A DNA stretch of 64,000 nucleotides, from contig NMRA01000094.1 of the NCBI GenBank assembly GCA_002633005.1, positions 304,652 to 368,651 on the forward strand, in the 5' to 3' direction. Numbering within the stretch: the first letter of the stretch is position 1; each line of letters starts with the position of its first letter. Under the pieces are notes generated by a model that was not told the DNA's origin, ran no database searches, and was given only the letters and a program-made list of their open reading frames with translations. The translations under genes and the position numbers were made by a program. Shown here in pieces: positions 21,501-36,500 of the stretch. This DNA comes from Phoronis australis (taxonomy: Eukaryota; Animalia; Phoronida).

Positions 21501-24500
21501 TTTATAGAAATATATCTGTAAAATCTCATTATCCTTCAAAAGGCTAAGGAGATTCGGCTATATGCAAAAAAATTGCCACTAGGGGGTGACACAGAGGCTG
21601 GACCCATCTGAGAAATCAACGACAGTCCTGGCCTTCTCATCAGCAACACATCAGTAAATTTTCATAATGATACTTCGAGCAAAATGGCAGATAGAGAGGC
21701 AGACGCCAGAAAACTGACGCAAAAATGACAAGATGGAGAAAAAACCCTCGAATCCATCCGAAAAAAATAGCATCATCACCTTTGTAGTAAAAACTTATTT
21801 GCCGAATTTCATGAAGATCCACCAAGACACTCCGACGATACAGAGGCTAACGTAAAAAAATAAAATTGCCACTAGAGGGCACAGTGGTATTCGGGTCGGT
21901 CCAAAAATCATTGTCCTCTGTCGTCAGCGTCATAAGAAAACACCCGCCAAATTTCAATAAGATCCTTCAAAGGGTATAGGAGCTACAGTTGTGGATGCCG
22001 GATAACCAGACAGAGATGACGGCAATATGCATCTACATAGCAAGTGCCTGCATAAAAAGTAACTAAAGTCAAATACTGAAATTTGCTTAGTATCGTTTTT
22101 GAATTTATCTGAATTTCAAACAAGCAATTTCTATTGCAAAGAAAGTAGAAATTAAAACCAATTTGATAAAATAAGTACACTTTGCAGTTCTTATGCACTT
22201 AAAGTTTTTCTTTATTTTAGCAATTCAGAAAACAAGACAAATTACACACAAAAAATTGAGTGGTGTTGAATTGAGAACACCTGTATTCCTTTACTGTGTG
22301 CCCCTGTTACCAGACCTGTGTACCACCAAAACTGCATTGGAGTACACTGAACACCAGATTCGCAGATTTTTCAGGAAATTTGCAGACCAAATTTACCCTA
22401 AAATATAGGGAGGGGTTAAATTTTGCGCAGTGGACCTTTCACTAAAAAAACGGGCTCAGAGTTCACAGCTTTTGCTGAATTCTTGCCTCATTAGAACTGG
22501 ACTTCTTTCTCGTTTTCTCGAACTTTTGGTTTCTCTCAGGATTTTTGCCCACTTTGCCAAATAGGGGACTCATTCAAGCCCCCCCCTGGGTACGTGCATG
22601 GGTACTTTTCCTACTTACTTGCCTCTGAAACAGTTTCTAAAATACACATAGTGAATTCACCACCAATTTTCAGAATAATCTAAGTTGTTTAGTTGAGGGA
22701 CAACGCGCTCAGTAAAAGGTCCTGTTAATCAATAGAAAATGTCCTTCTGAACTTAGTTATGATAATACATTGTCTAAAGAACACCTCATTTCTTAACACA
22801 CAAACATATCTGCAAAATGTGTTGATGAATCTGCACTGGACAATGTTTTGCACCAGACGATATTTTCTTAACCATTCACAAAGGTTATAAATAATTATTC
22901 ATTGCAAGTATCTGTGAACACATACCACCGTACTGCATACGAAAAGACCTCGAGGCTCGAGGCTCGACTGGCTCGAGTATTATCGTCAGCTCATTCAACA
23001 TGCTACGAAGTCAGTGCAGTCACCATGTCGCAAAAAAAAACACGCTACACAACTTGCAGCATAAATTCCACGGTCCCTTTAATAAGACATTGTCATTCTT
23101 TGGAATAACGTTCCCTTATTTCAGAAGCTACTTTCTTCATTACTCAGAATATGCAACCACTCATGCTTTGCCATTTTGTCAACAGTACGTATTTAGCTGT
23201 AAATAGCCGGAATTAGACGAAGTAAGCAATCCACAAATCACAGAAGTCATTGCTATATAGGTTACACCCATACCGATAGAAGAGGCCACGCGATTCGCCA
23301 ATTATTAGGTTATTTTGAGAATGAAACGAAGCAAGTTCTCCATGTTTGTAGCTCAACTTTTTGGCTAAAATAATGATTTTACAATATATATGTTTTTTTA
23401 ATTTCTAACTTTAAAATCTTCCTCCTTGTCCGTTTTAACTACAAATCATTGTATTTACTGAGAAACAATGGAATTAATAATCTCTTTTGAATTTGCTGAA
23501 TTTGCGTTGAATTATACTCTTTTGTGGATCCTCCAGGATTAGCCCAATATTCCATATTGCTTTTTTTCTGGTCGTACACGAAAACAGTTGGGATATTGGG
23601 GAGTACTTTAATACAAATTTCAAAACATTACGACAACCAAGAAAATAAAATGATCTGGATATGAAATTATATGGACTCACTTTTCTCTGTAATCATTCTT
23701 ATTCACCTCATATAAGAAGTCTCGAGCCTGATAATGATTCTCAGAATACTCACTTTTCTCTGTAATCATTCTCATTCAGCTCATATAAGAAGTCCTGAGC
23801 CTGAGCATGATGCTCAGAATACTCTGGAAGGACGCCACTTGGCCCAAAGCAGCAGCGAGGCCGCCGTGTCCGTTCTGGCACGTAACGCGTGCTGCGTTTA
23901 CTGGTGTCACGTAGGAAGCCAGCGGTTCCCGAGGCAAAGTCGAGCACACCAGCTATGGGCTTAGTGAATGTGTCAACCACTCCTTTACCGAGGCCAGAGA
24001 AGAATCCCTGTAACAAGGCGCTCAATGTTACTCCATATTAAAGTAAATTTCAGCAGTTTTCAGTGGTTACATTAATCTGGCCTATTATAAATGTCCAACG
24101 ACACATACTTTTATACACAGGCCCAATTGTAAATGTCCAACGACACATACTTTTATACACAGGCCCAATTGTAAATGTCCAACGACACATACTTTTATAC
24201 ACAGGCCCAATTGTAAATGTCCAACGACACATACTTTTATACACAGGCCCAATTGTAAATGTCCAACGACACATACTTTTATACACAGGCCCAATTGTGT
24301 ACCATGCTACATTGCCAACACAAGAATTGAGCTCCACATGAGAGAAACTTAGACCAGCACACTTGATACCACGGGTTGTTGGCACTTGTGGTCCTTGTAG
24401 TTGTCTATTGGCAAAGTATGAAGTTGCACAGAGCAGGATGGGTGTATAATATGAAGTTGCACAGAGCAGGATGGGTGTATAATATGAAGTTGCACAGAGC

Positions 24501-27500
24501 AGGATGGGTGTATAATATGAAGTTGCACAGAGCAGGATGGGTGTATAATATGAAGTTGCACAGAGCAGGATGGGTGTATAATATGAAGTTGCACAGAGCA
24601 GGATGGGTGTATAATATGAAGTTGCACAGAGCAGGATGGGTGTATAATATGAAGTTGCACAGAGCAGGATGGGTGTATAATATGAAGTTGCACAGAGCAG
24701 GATGGGTGTATAATATGAAGTTGCACAGAGCAGGATGGGTGTATAATATGAAGTTGCACAGAGCAGGATGGGTGTATAATATGAAGTTGCACAGAGCAGG
24801 ATGGGTGTATAATATGAAGTTGCACAGAGCAGGATGGGTGTATAATATGAAGTTGCTCAGAGCAGGATGGGTGTATAATATGAAGTTGCACAGAGCAGGA
24901 TGGGTGTATAATATGAAGTTGCTCAGAGCAGGATGGGCGTACAATGTCAATTGTCCTCAACATACTCTTCCTAAACAATTTATGATAAAATGAGGAAGTG
25001 AATGTAACCACAAATTTTAAACAAGAAAAACAAAAACAATTTTTGGCAATCTTCTAAGACTTATTATTAACTGTCAACGCCCCTTAAGACAAGAAATTTG
25101 AAAACATGTACAAACTAAGATACTTCTTTTCAATAGTACTGATGGTATCCTTTACTATCTAACTGTTCCACATGTGACATTGCCCTACCTCAGCACCCCT
25201 TCTAGTGACCCCTTCGTACGTCTGCTGAACGATGCTCGTCATACCACCTACAAAGCCATGTTTCAAACCCTTGAACCCAGCCACCATGTAGTCAGCACTT
25301 GACTGGCCGTGAGTGCGAATCAGGTCACGTTCTCGGGCATGCCTCTCATCAAGGATCACACCAGCAACACCATCAGCAATGCCACCTGTCATCTAATAAT
25401 ACAGTGACGATATACAATAAGAACATAATGACCGCTTAATAGTCAACAAGTGAAGTGGAATTCAAAATTATAGTTACTTAAGTCAGAGCTGCTACTAATA
25501 GATGGCATTTAAATCAATGATAAACTGACTGAAGTAACACTCACTCATTAATTTTCAATTGACAGAACAAGTCTTTGAACAACAAGACAAGACAAACAAA
25601 CATTGTGATTCTAAGTAAGATCACAGACCATTGAATACATTTACTACACCACTGAATTGACTGGGAATAATGCAAAATGCCCAATAAAGTAATAACAATT
25701 AACAGCAGCAGCAGCAGCCGCAGCAATAACAGTAATAATATCAATAGTAGAAACAGTAATAGTAATAGTAGTAACAGTAATAGTAATAGCTGTAATAGTA
25801 ATAGTAATACCTTTGCAGCAGAGTTAGAAACTCCATGAGTAACATTTTTCAGCAATCCTCCAACATTTCCATCTTTGATCAACTCAGAGATTCCTTCGGT
25901 GACATCATTAAACAGACCCAGAGGGCTGCCCAGAAAGTCAACAGAGCCAAGAATTTTGGCCGCCTGGCTCTTGAGTTCTTCTTTGTAGTGCAATAGAATC
26001 TGGTCCAGCAGAAAAGCACTGGTTTCAAATGGGTGCAGTTGAACGAATGGGTCTGTGAGAAATAGATCATAAATTATCCAATCAGTACCTGGCATGAATT
26101 CTATGACTTCTTTTCATCCCAATTAGTACTTTAACTGGAGTTTCCTAGTAAATGGGATATTCTTGTAAGACGTTCTAGTTCTATAAATTACTACTAACAG
26201 TATATGTCAGTCATATTTTTGCCACTTGTGAAGTACTACTTACCACATAGACATATAGATTTGGGTCACGGCTAACATTTGAACAACAGGATTTAACTGC
26301 ACTATAAAACTCTCACTTTTTCGCTTAATAACCTTGATTAGTTGACGATAATTTCAGATTGTAAACAACGCACCTAGTTCTACTTTGGTGTCTTCAAATG
26401 AGATGAGTCGCACACCAAGTTGTCGTTTAATCTCCTCAAGGTCAGCTGGAAGATGAGGGGACTTCAGTACACTCAAAGTAATCCGACTTGTATTGATTTT
26501 AATGGCACCGAAGTAGTAACGTGTTGCTTGGACAGATGTAGCTGCTGTCACAGCCCTATGAATGAGAAACATGCTCAGGTTAATACAGTGTGTACAAGCC
26601 AGATGTTTGAAACTAGTGGTATTCAACAAATTACTCAGCAATGGCTAAGTAACTGCTCAGTAATAGCTATGGGGCTCTAATCTGTAGTGGCAATGTGGGT
26701 CTACTCCATAGTGGCTATGTGGCTCTACTCCATAGTGGCTATGTGGCTTTGCTCTATAGCGGCTGTGTGGCTCTGCTCCATTGTGGCTAAGTGGCTCTGT
26801 TTGGCAGTGGCTATGTGACTGTGCTTGATAGTGAAGTTCTGCTCAGTGGAACGTATGTGGCTCCGTTCACTAATGGCTATATGGCTCTGGTCGGTAGTGG
26901 CCAAATGGTTATGCTCAGTATTGGCTATATTGCTTTGCTCCATAGGGCCTTTGAGGTTTGGCTCAGTAGTAGCTATGTGTCTCAGTATCGGAGTTCCTAT
27001 CCAGGGCTTCAACCCCTGCCTGCATCAGTCATGTAATAGTGTTTGTGAGCATTGTTTCAACTCGTCAGCTCAAAAAGAGTGCTAGTCACTATAGCTGGGA
27101 GTCACCTGTGATGAATTAAGGTCCTGAAACTGGGCAAGTTCTCCACTTAGATGAGCTTTAGAATTAATAATCAGCCAAATAAGCCTAATGTTTTGATGTG
27201 AGCACTTGTTTTTTGCTGGTTATTTTGTGCACTGAGTAAGGTCTCAAAAATGACCAACTGTTCCTTGTTACCCATTGTCAACCTCAGATATTACTTTTCA
27301 ACATTGTAAGAAGTAACTTACAGCAATTATGTCCCTTAACTCAACACTTACATTTTCAACAGGAGCTGGGATAAAACTACTTTAACTTTTTACCACATTC
27401 CGCCTATAGTTCATTACCTCTGCGACTCGTACTCTATTCCATACAAGTTCTCAATCTCTGCTTCATCCTCGTTCACACCAACAAATTGTACCAACTTCCA

Positions 27501-30500
27501 TAATAGCTTCTCCTCAATCACCAGTGTCAACTTCCTCACATTAATTTGGAGAACCTAAAAGTGTAATTAAGTGTGGACCTGTTACTACTAGACCATAACC
27601 AGCTGACAGGTGAGACACAGAGCTCACTGATTATAAACTGTAATTACATCAGTGCAAGGAGTGGTAAGCAGGTTTGCTATTTTTAGTTACAAGTAAATGC
27701 AACATCAAGGTTACTCAAGGTTACTCGATGTTCAAGGCCACATCTCTTTTGTATATTTTTAAAAAATGAATTGGCGTCTCAACATTTATGTACCATAACC
27801 ACAATGAAAAGTTGGCAGACTACGACATTCCCAGTAACACTGTGACACCTAGTAAGACCGCGTCACCTTGCAAGACTGTGTCACCCTAGTAAGATGGCGT
27901 CACCTAGTAACACTGTGTCACCTAGTAACACTGTGTCACCTAGTAAGACCGCGTCACCTAGTAGGACTGCGTCACCTAGTAAGACCACGTCACCTAGTAA
28001 CACTGTGTCACCTAGTAAGACCGCGTCACTTAATAACACTGTGTCACCTAGCAACACTGCATCACCCAGTAAGACCGCGTCACCCAGTAAGACCGTGCCA
28101 CCCAGTAAGACCGCGTCACCCAGTAAAACCGCGCCACCAAGTAAAACTGTGAAACCCCGTAAGACCGTGTCACCTAGTAAGACCGCATCACCTAGTAACA
28201 CCACAGCACCTGGTAACACAGCTAAAGTATGTCGACAAATAACTAAGGTTACAAGAAAGTTCATGTTGGTTTCCCAGTTTACACTAGAGTACCTCTACTA
28301 CAGGATTTAACTTAGTGGGAAAATGCCTTCAACTTTGATGCAATTTGGAGGGAAACTTACTACATGATAACACATCATAAAACTTAATGGGTTATTATAA
28401 GTGACAATCTGGAATACATTTCTGGGCTCATCCATGGTCGTTAAAAAGCTGCAAGATTTTGTCATTAAGATCTGTTAGTAACAACTAATTTTTTTCTCAA
28501 ACTTTTTATTCAATATAATATGTACGGTACAGATCACACAACACAATAACTTTTTTGTTTAGACAAGGATCAGTTAAGGTCAACTTACAGTGTTGATATG
28601 AACAAATTGAAGGTAATTTAACATTAAAACAAGTAGAGGCTATCATTCATTCATAATAAACAAACAGTGACCAAGAAAGTTAATGTGATAGGCAACGTTA
28701 CATAAATAATCTAAACCCCTATTCAGACTACTGTTGCTAATCAAGTCTCACCTTGAAAATACTAGCGTTGACTGCCTTACTGGGCACTTTGTGTCCCATG
28801 AAGCTCAAGGCTGGCTCAGTGGTGTGAGTTTTGGAGGGAGTAACATATAACACATCACAACGACTGGTGCCTAGCAACTGGTTGTCAACCTAAGAATGGC
28901 AATGATCAAGTTAAATTAAGTTGTACACCTGTCAATGACCATTAATGCGTGGACTTTGGGAAAATGATCCAATTAGATGCTTCACACATGAGTGGCTTAT
29001 TTTGTAAGTTAAGGTTGACGCACTTTGCTTGGTTGAAAATGAAAGAGGATTGAATTCAACACACAGCAAAAAATTATACAATAGAAACACTACTCGTCCA
29101 ATTAATAAGTACAACTCACCAGTAAATTACCAAATCAACATTGGATGCTCGTCTGTAGACCGATACATTAACAGGGCTGCTAACCCATTAAGGACATAAC
29201 TGTGACCTTCATGTTGAAAATACATATTTGGCAAGTGAAAACTTGTACGATTTCCAACATTTTCAGAAAGTTTAAATTTTAATCGCAAGATAGATTGATA
29301 TACACCAAAACAATTTTCAATTTGAAATCGTGTTTAACTATTAATATAGCAGCATTACTAATAATAACTCAGCTTGTCACATCAATATTTTTCTGCTTTT
29401 GTTGTCTGCATGATTAATTTCTTCCCACACTACCACGGCTGCACAAATGCCAGTATCTCAAAATTCCTCATCCATAACAATGTTGAAGGCGTCAAGGTTC
29501 TCAGTGTTGAAGACAGCCTGATTAAACACAGTCAATTCCATTTCTGTTTTCTAAATGTTATCAAATTCATTGGCAAACTCGTCTCCCAAAATTTTATTCT
29601 CGACATCTTAACACTATTCCACAACACACGAAATCCATCAATGCAAAACCCAGTAAGCTCATATTTCACTGCCCAGTTCTTCACAAAAAGCTGAAATTGA
29701 CCAATCACAAAATGGAAGTTTCGTATGCATTCTACACTCATTGGTACGCCTTACTGGTCGAATCTTGCATTCCCAACAATTTCCGTAACTTTCTGATACT
29801 TCCTGCCTCAATCTTCACCATGGCACTTTGAAACACAGATGATTTTAAAGATAATAACTTTTTTGAAGAGAAATAAAAATGCTCAAAATCCATAACATTT
29901 GAAAATCCGTATAAACTGATTTTTAGGCCCTAAAAGTGCATAAAATGGATAAATGTGTAACAGATGGCAGCACTGTCTCAGGTAGTCATTACACACCAAT
30001 ATAGCGTGAACTCACCTGTAAATTGCTGATGTACCCCTCTAACATCTGATTGTCCTCACTAGATTGATACTCCAAGTTGATATTACTCAACAGTACATAC
30101 GCCAGCTCCTCTGGGACTCTGTTCACAAGTGACAAACCAACACCTCCAGCCAGTCGCATTATTACCTGCAGTAGGCAAACATGACCAAATGACAGTCATG
30201 CAGCAACTAGCAATCAATAACACAGTCATATGAGGTAACAGTCAATTTTACTATCGCATAATCAAATGTGTGTCCAGCATAATAAATAATTTACCTTTCT
30301 TTTGTCCCACACAATAATCAATTGACTAGCCAGCTAATTATAATGCTTTAGTTTCTAAAACAGGATACTCAACTTTTCTGCTAGTAATTTCTGGGCCATT
30401 AAATGTTGGACCAAAGCTGCCGGGATGAAAGTTGAGTCAGGTGTTAGAGTTCTGGACATAATTAAAGTTTTACATCTTCCGTTACTTACAAAGCGCAGAC

Positions 30501-33500
30501 AACTGACTAAAAGAAAACACTAACCTTGAAATTAGTGTTTACATGCGACTTATAGATCTGACCATGTTTAGATTCATCTCTCGTCTTTTTACTCTCTTCA
30601 GCTGTATAACAACCTTTAGCAAGCGGGGGCTTTGAAAGACGTTGGACAAATTGCTACAAAGTTAATACAGTCATTATTTTAATATTATTATCATTATTAT
30701 TAATTGTAATATTCTAAAGTAAAGTTATAAACAATCAAATTTGCAAAGAAAGTAAATTTTACAATAATTACATGTGACTAACAGCAAAATGAGTACAAGT
30801 ATCCATATTGATACATATTGATACATATCGATACATATTGATACATCTGACAATAAATCACAGTCATGCAAAAAAACTGGGATGTTTCATAGGTACAATA
30901 GTCTTGTGGAAACGCATGATCATGACAGACAGCGAGATATCACCATGCACTATATACACAACTAGTGATCACACTAGCGTTATTTGCAAGTCTTGTATTT
31001 AGTACATAACACAGCCCTGGCATAAGCTATGTATTCCCATGAGTTAAAAGGATGCAATTAAACCATACCCTCTGTTTAATGTCCGCTATTTGCAACACGC
31101 GGGTCGGACCATCAGGAACAACCTTGACTGACAGCAGTCCTGATCCGGGCCTGTATCGAGAGCGACCAACACACATCTCAGGGGGTATTTCCATGGTCAT
31201 GTCTTTAGCCTGCTGATAAGCCAGCACTGCATGGCTGCCATCTTGTAGACCCCCTAAGGCTTGAACGTAGAATCCCTGAAGACTACAGCTTAACCGTCCA
31301 TCCTGGGTGGAAGACAAGAGGGCAAAGTTTATGATCATAAAATATTTGAAATAGAATCAAAATCAACACCATAATGAAATAAAAGAGCAGTCATGCAGTC
31401 GTTGTTTGTAGTGGAGTGGGTGATGTTGTCATAGTTTGCTAAATAAGAGTTGGATAAAATGGTATATAGAGAAACAATAAAAGCTAAAGTAGAATGGTTC
31501 TGGCAAAGTTGCTATTACCATTAAGTTGAATATTATAACGTGTTTTGTCAGTTTTTGCAATTCATAAAAACATGTGACATAAAATAAAAGAGGAAATACC
31601 GCATACCGTATTCACCCTAATAAGTGCCCATGCCCCTAAAAGCGTTTTCAGACTTTGCTAAAATAAGCGCCCAGTCCATGAACACAGTTCTAAAATTCTA
31701 CAGCAACGTCTTCAATTGATCAATAAGATCCGACAGTCCTGAAAAAATCATTGTGCACGGAATTTGTAGACCACGAGCCTCGCCGCTATGTCGGTATTTA
31801 ACCATGACTACACACTTCAAACTTCCGCCCTGCTTCAAAAAGAACACAAAAGTTTTGCTGATCTTGCGAGGTACCTTTCCTATTATGGTCTGGCCTTACA
31901 GAACAGACGCAGCGTACTTGTATTGTGTCTGGCCTTACAGAACAGACGCAGCATACTTGTATTGTGTCTGGCCTTACAGAACAGACGCAGCGTACTTGTA
32001 TTGTGTCTGGCCTTACAGAACAGACGCAGCGTACTTGTATTGTGTCTGGCCTTACAGAACAGACGCAGCCTACTTGTATTGTGTCTGTCCCATACAGATC
32101 TTCTCCCTCAACAGGAATCCAAATTTCTTAGCACATCGGAGCGTAATAAAAACTAATTGACCTTTGTTAAAAGCACGTGGCCTGGAAGCCCGTGCTACAT
32201 ACAAAAGTATCTGTTATCAAAGATTAGTCTTCAGGAACTATCTATTCATGAAATGGGTACCATAGCATCGGCAAGAAATAAATACTGTCGGGGCACTATT
32301 TCCGAAAGTTTTTAATATCGTAAAACCATTTGCGTTATTTTTTAATAGGATGAATTAATCGTAATTGGTGTTTTTAAATTCAAAATGACCCACCGATGGT
32401 GAACACTTCTGCACCCTAAAACCCCCCCGAATCTCCCGAAAAATAACTGTTAGTCAAAAACTGTCATGCATAAAGTCACCCTGCGACTCAATATCGGCCT
32501 TACAGAGACAATTCTCGAACGTCTTTTAGCAGATGAGATCAACAAGTGCTAAATAAACCACGTTCTGTTTTACTGCTTGTTTTAATTTCTTTGGTTGTAC
32601 ACCTAGATTGTTACATCGCGTTTAGTCTGGCAAATGAACTCTGATGACAACATGTCCGTGTGTTCGTCGTGTTGTAGGGTAAGACCTAGCGAAGATTTCG
32701 ACTGAATGAGCAGTTAATCCTGACTCCACAGGAACTTAAAAATCTTAGGAGTGCTATTTTGAAAACTTAAGGAGGACTTCAGGTAATTTGTTGAGCTGAA
32801 ACTATATTTTTTACTCAAGAATTCAAGTTGACCTATTGGCAATCGCGAGGCAGTGACACATCAGTCTGCAAGTTTTGGCACTGGGATGCTTGTAATTTAA
32901 CAACAAAGTTTAATAGCAATGCACTGCAGTTTTGTAGAAACTCTGCCATAGGTTACAGATGAGTCACAGAGCGTAAATTTCATGAATTCTAGCTTACCAT
33001 TTCACCTGTTTCTGAGACCAAGTTTCAATCACATTTTTCTAAGCGTCCTGGCCGCTTATTAGGGCAAATACAGTATTCCAAAAGCCTAAACTGGTTTGAT
33101 TGTCCATCTTATTAATAGTTGAACTCTTAAAACTAATGACTCTAGAACACTATCACTAACACTCTGGTGAACAACACACTAACAACAGGCACCAGACATT
33201 GATGACAAGAGACACAAACCTCAGTGAAATGCCATGTCTGTATCGATTTCCGCCTTTCATCTGGTTTCCTGAGGATTAGCCTGGATGGCTTACTGGGCTG
33301 TAGAGCAAGGTCAGCGATGTCCAGCACAAGAGTGGACGCATCCATCTGTGCAGGCTTACGCAGGTCACGGGGTACAGACGACCCCTCGTGTTGTAGCATA
33401 CCCCCGCTGGTCATCCTCCACAGCTGGGAACGTTTACCTGGCTCCTGTAATGAATGACGATAATAAATTTGTCTACTGATTATAACTTGTAAGTTTGGCA

Positions 33501-36500
33501 GTATTGCACTTCGGAAACAATAGACGTACAAATTTGATAAATTGTAAATTTCTCCACAAAAAGTATAAAACGTTTCTGTAGTCACTGTACAATTTTCATG
33601 ACATAAAACATTGCACTATATTGGTAAACGTTGCTCTATATTGGTTAATGTTGCTCTGTGTTCATTTGGTAAACATTGCTCTATATTTGGTAAACGTTGT
33701 TCTATATCAGTAAACGTTGCTCTATTTGGTAAACATTGCATCAACAGCCTGATGACTATTCACTAAACTAGTATGCAACTCTCTTAGCCAAGAAATTAAA
33801 TGGTCCGATTCAATTAATTCATTCAAATTTAATATTAAAAAGTGGCTGTAATTTATTAACCATTCTATTCTTACACCATACGTGTCTTAATTATATCATT
33901 TTTCATTACGTTACTGTAAATACTCTCACTATTTCAGTGGCGGATTTAGGATACCATGAGGGGGCTCAATATTTTATCTCGGGGCAATCGCGCAAAGCAC
34001 GATTGCATACGCGCACCCAGCCTAAAATGTAGGGGTGCTCAAATTTCTGGGAATGTGGACCCTTTACTAAATTATACGAGCCGAGGACTAAAAAAACTTA
34101 TCAAAGAAATAAGCTTGTTGGAAAGAAGTCTAAACCTTGACAGGGAACTACTGGAACAAAAAAATAATTTACTTGCCGAGCTAAGGCAAAATAAGTTAAG
34201 AGGTCTTATGACTAGGTCGAGAGCAAGATGGATTGAAGAAGGTGAAAAGCCTTCCAAATATTTTCTTCACTTGGAAAANTCACGGGGTACAGACGACCCC
34301 TCGTGTTGTAGCATACCCCCGCTGGTCATCCTCCACAGCTGGGAACGTTTACCTGGCTCCTGTAATGAATGACGATAATAAATTTGTCTACTGATTGTAA
34401 CTTGTAAGTTTGGCAGTATTGCACTTCGGAAACAATAGACGTACAAATTTTATAAATAGTAAATTTCTCCACAAAAAGTATAAAACGTTTCTGTTGTCAC
34501 TGTACAATTTTCATGACATAAAACATTGCACTATATTGGTAAACGTTGCTCTATATTGGTTAATGTTGCTCTGTGTTCATTTGGTAAACATTGCTCTATA
34601 TTTGGTAAACGTTGTTCTATATTAGTAAACGTTGCTCTATTTGGTAAACATTGCATCAACGGCCTGATGACTATTCACTAAACTAGTATGCAACTCTCTT
34701 AGCCAAGAAATTAAATGGTCCGATTCAATTAATTCATTCAAATTTAATATTAAAAAGTGGCTGTAATTTACTTATTAACCATTCTATTCTTACACCATAC
34801 GTGTCCTAATTATATCATTTTTCGTTACCTTACTGTAAATACTCTCACTATTTCATTGGCGGATTTAGGATACCATGAGGGGGGCTCAATATTTTATCTC
34901 GGGCAATCGCGCAAAGCACGATTGCATGCGCGCACCCAGCCTAAAATGTAGGGGTGCTCAAATTTCTGGGAATGTGGACCCTTTACTAAAATATACGAGA
35001 CGAGGACTAAAAAAACGTGAGAACGCTTATCTCAGCCGTATGTCCATAACCAGGGTTAATGAACTCAATATTTCCTCACGCTCTTTCTGTTTCATTATTT
35101 TTTTTGGCGGCAGCCAAGGGGGGAGGGGGAAGGCCAGGCCCCTGTCCCCCCTAAATCCGCCTATGTATTTAGTATCATCTCTTTATTTATTTCGTCTCTT
35201 CTAGTTAACTTTTCACCATCCTTCATCATTTGTTTATTATCTAAATTCTCAACCAGTTTAATTGTTTCTTTGTTACATGTATTTAATAAATGTTTTACTA
35301 CTAGTATTATAATAATGTTTTATATTTTGTTCTTGAGAGCCTTCTTAGAAAGCAGTCATTACAATTGCAAAGCTGGAAATTGACTTATACACATCCCAGC
35401 CATGCAACACTCCGTCAGATTAATAAACGAATTTGTCAAAAAGCTATCAAAAACTAATTACGGTTATCTAAGGTTCAAATGGCAATAATGATCGCTCACA
35501 ATATACCTCTGCATGCCCATCATATACATCTGCCTCAAGACTATTTGACAATGTTTAATGGAATGAAATTACATGAATTTTGTAAATCCAAAAACGAAAT
35601 ATCAAAAACAGATGAATAACAAACGGGGTGCTACGGTATAGTCAAATCTTTCAAATAATCAATATATGGCAGTGCATTACCACCATATATCTTTAAGCCA
35701 AGTTTCATCAAATATCCATTTACACAGTTAATGGAAAATATAGTCAGAAATTAAAATGAATAGCAGGAGATGAGTTGCTAGGGTAGACCAGGGGCGGATC
35801 CAGGATTTTGAGTTAGGAGGGGCCAGGGTAGAGTATTAGCCAGGATTTTGTCTGTCAGACATTTGCAGACCCCCGAACTGCCAAATGGAATCCGGGATAA
35901 TTTTAGGGGGGGCTATGGCCCTCTTGGTCCCCCTCTAAATCCACCACTGCAGTCAAATCCATCTAAAAATCAACTGTATCAAGCATATTCCCTCCACATA
36001 CTACAAGTCAAGTTTCATCCAAACTTTTCAAGCAAAGAAGTCAATACTTGGCAGATAAGGATTTTTTTGTTGAAAATTAAAATGACCAACAGGGGATGCC
36101 ACTATGGTCAAATCCGCAGTCATACCCGTCCCCGCCCTACCCACTAATATTTCACTCACCCAGCCGTGCCCATCCGTCCCTCCACCCACTAATATTTCAC
36201 TCACCCAGCCGTGCCCATCCGTCCCTCCACCCGCTAACATTTCAAAAGCCCAGTTGTGCTTCTCCCTCCCTGCACCCACTCATTCAAATATCTCTCACCC
36301 AACCGTGCACCTTCCTTGTCCCACCCACTCATATTTCACTCACCCAGTCATGCCTTTAAATGTCTGACCTACCTTCCTCTTCAACATCACGTAGTTGTCC
36401 GGAGTGACCACATCCAGCACCAGTTCCTTGAACTCTTGACCATTGTGTTGTGGTGACCAGGAGCTGGCTGTCATCACACCATCGCTGAAAGTACACACCA

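Noticed and set aside
24349-25011. Long repetitive ORFs on both strands (e.g. HIIHPSCSVQL repeats) resembling repeat proteins or a CRISPR-like array
   Set aside because: Pure 33-bp tandem repeat with no unique spacers; it is open in several frames only because the unit length is a multiple of 3, and it lies in a VPS13D intron.
25541-25810. Poly-leucine extension of the VPS13D ORF
   Set aside because: Intronic (TAT/TAC/TGC)n microsatellite directly after the GT donor at 25810.
27868-28310. Ser/Pro/Thr-rich mucin-like ORF (ASPSKT repeats)
   Set aside because: Translation of an 18-bp minisatellite; no splice or start context.
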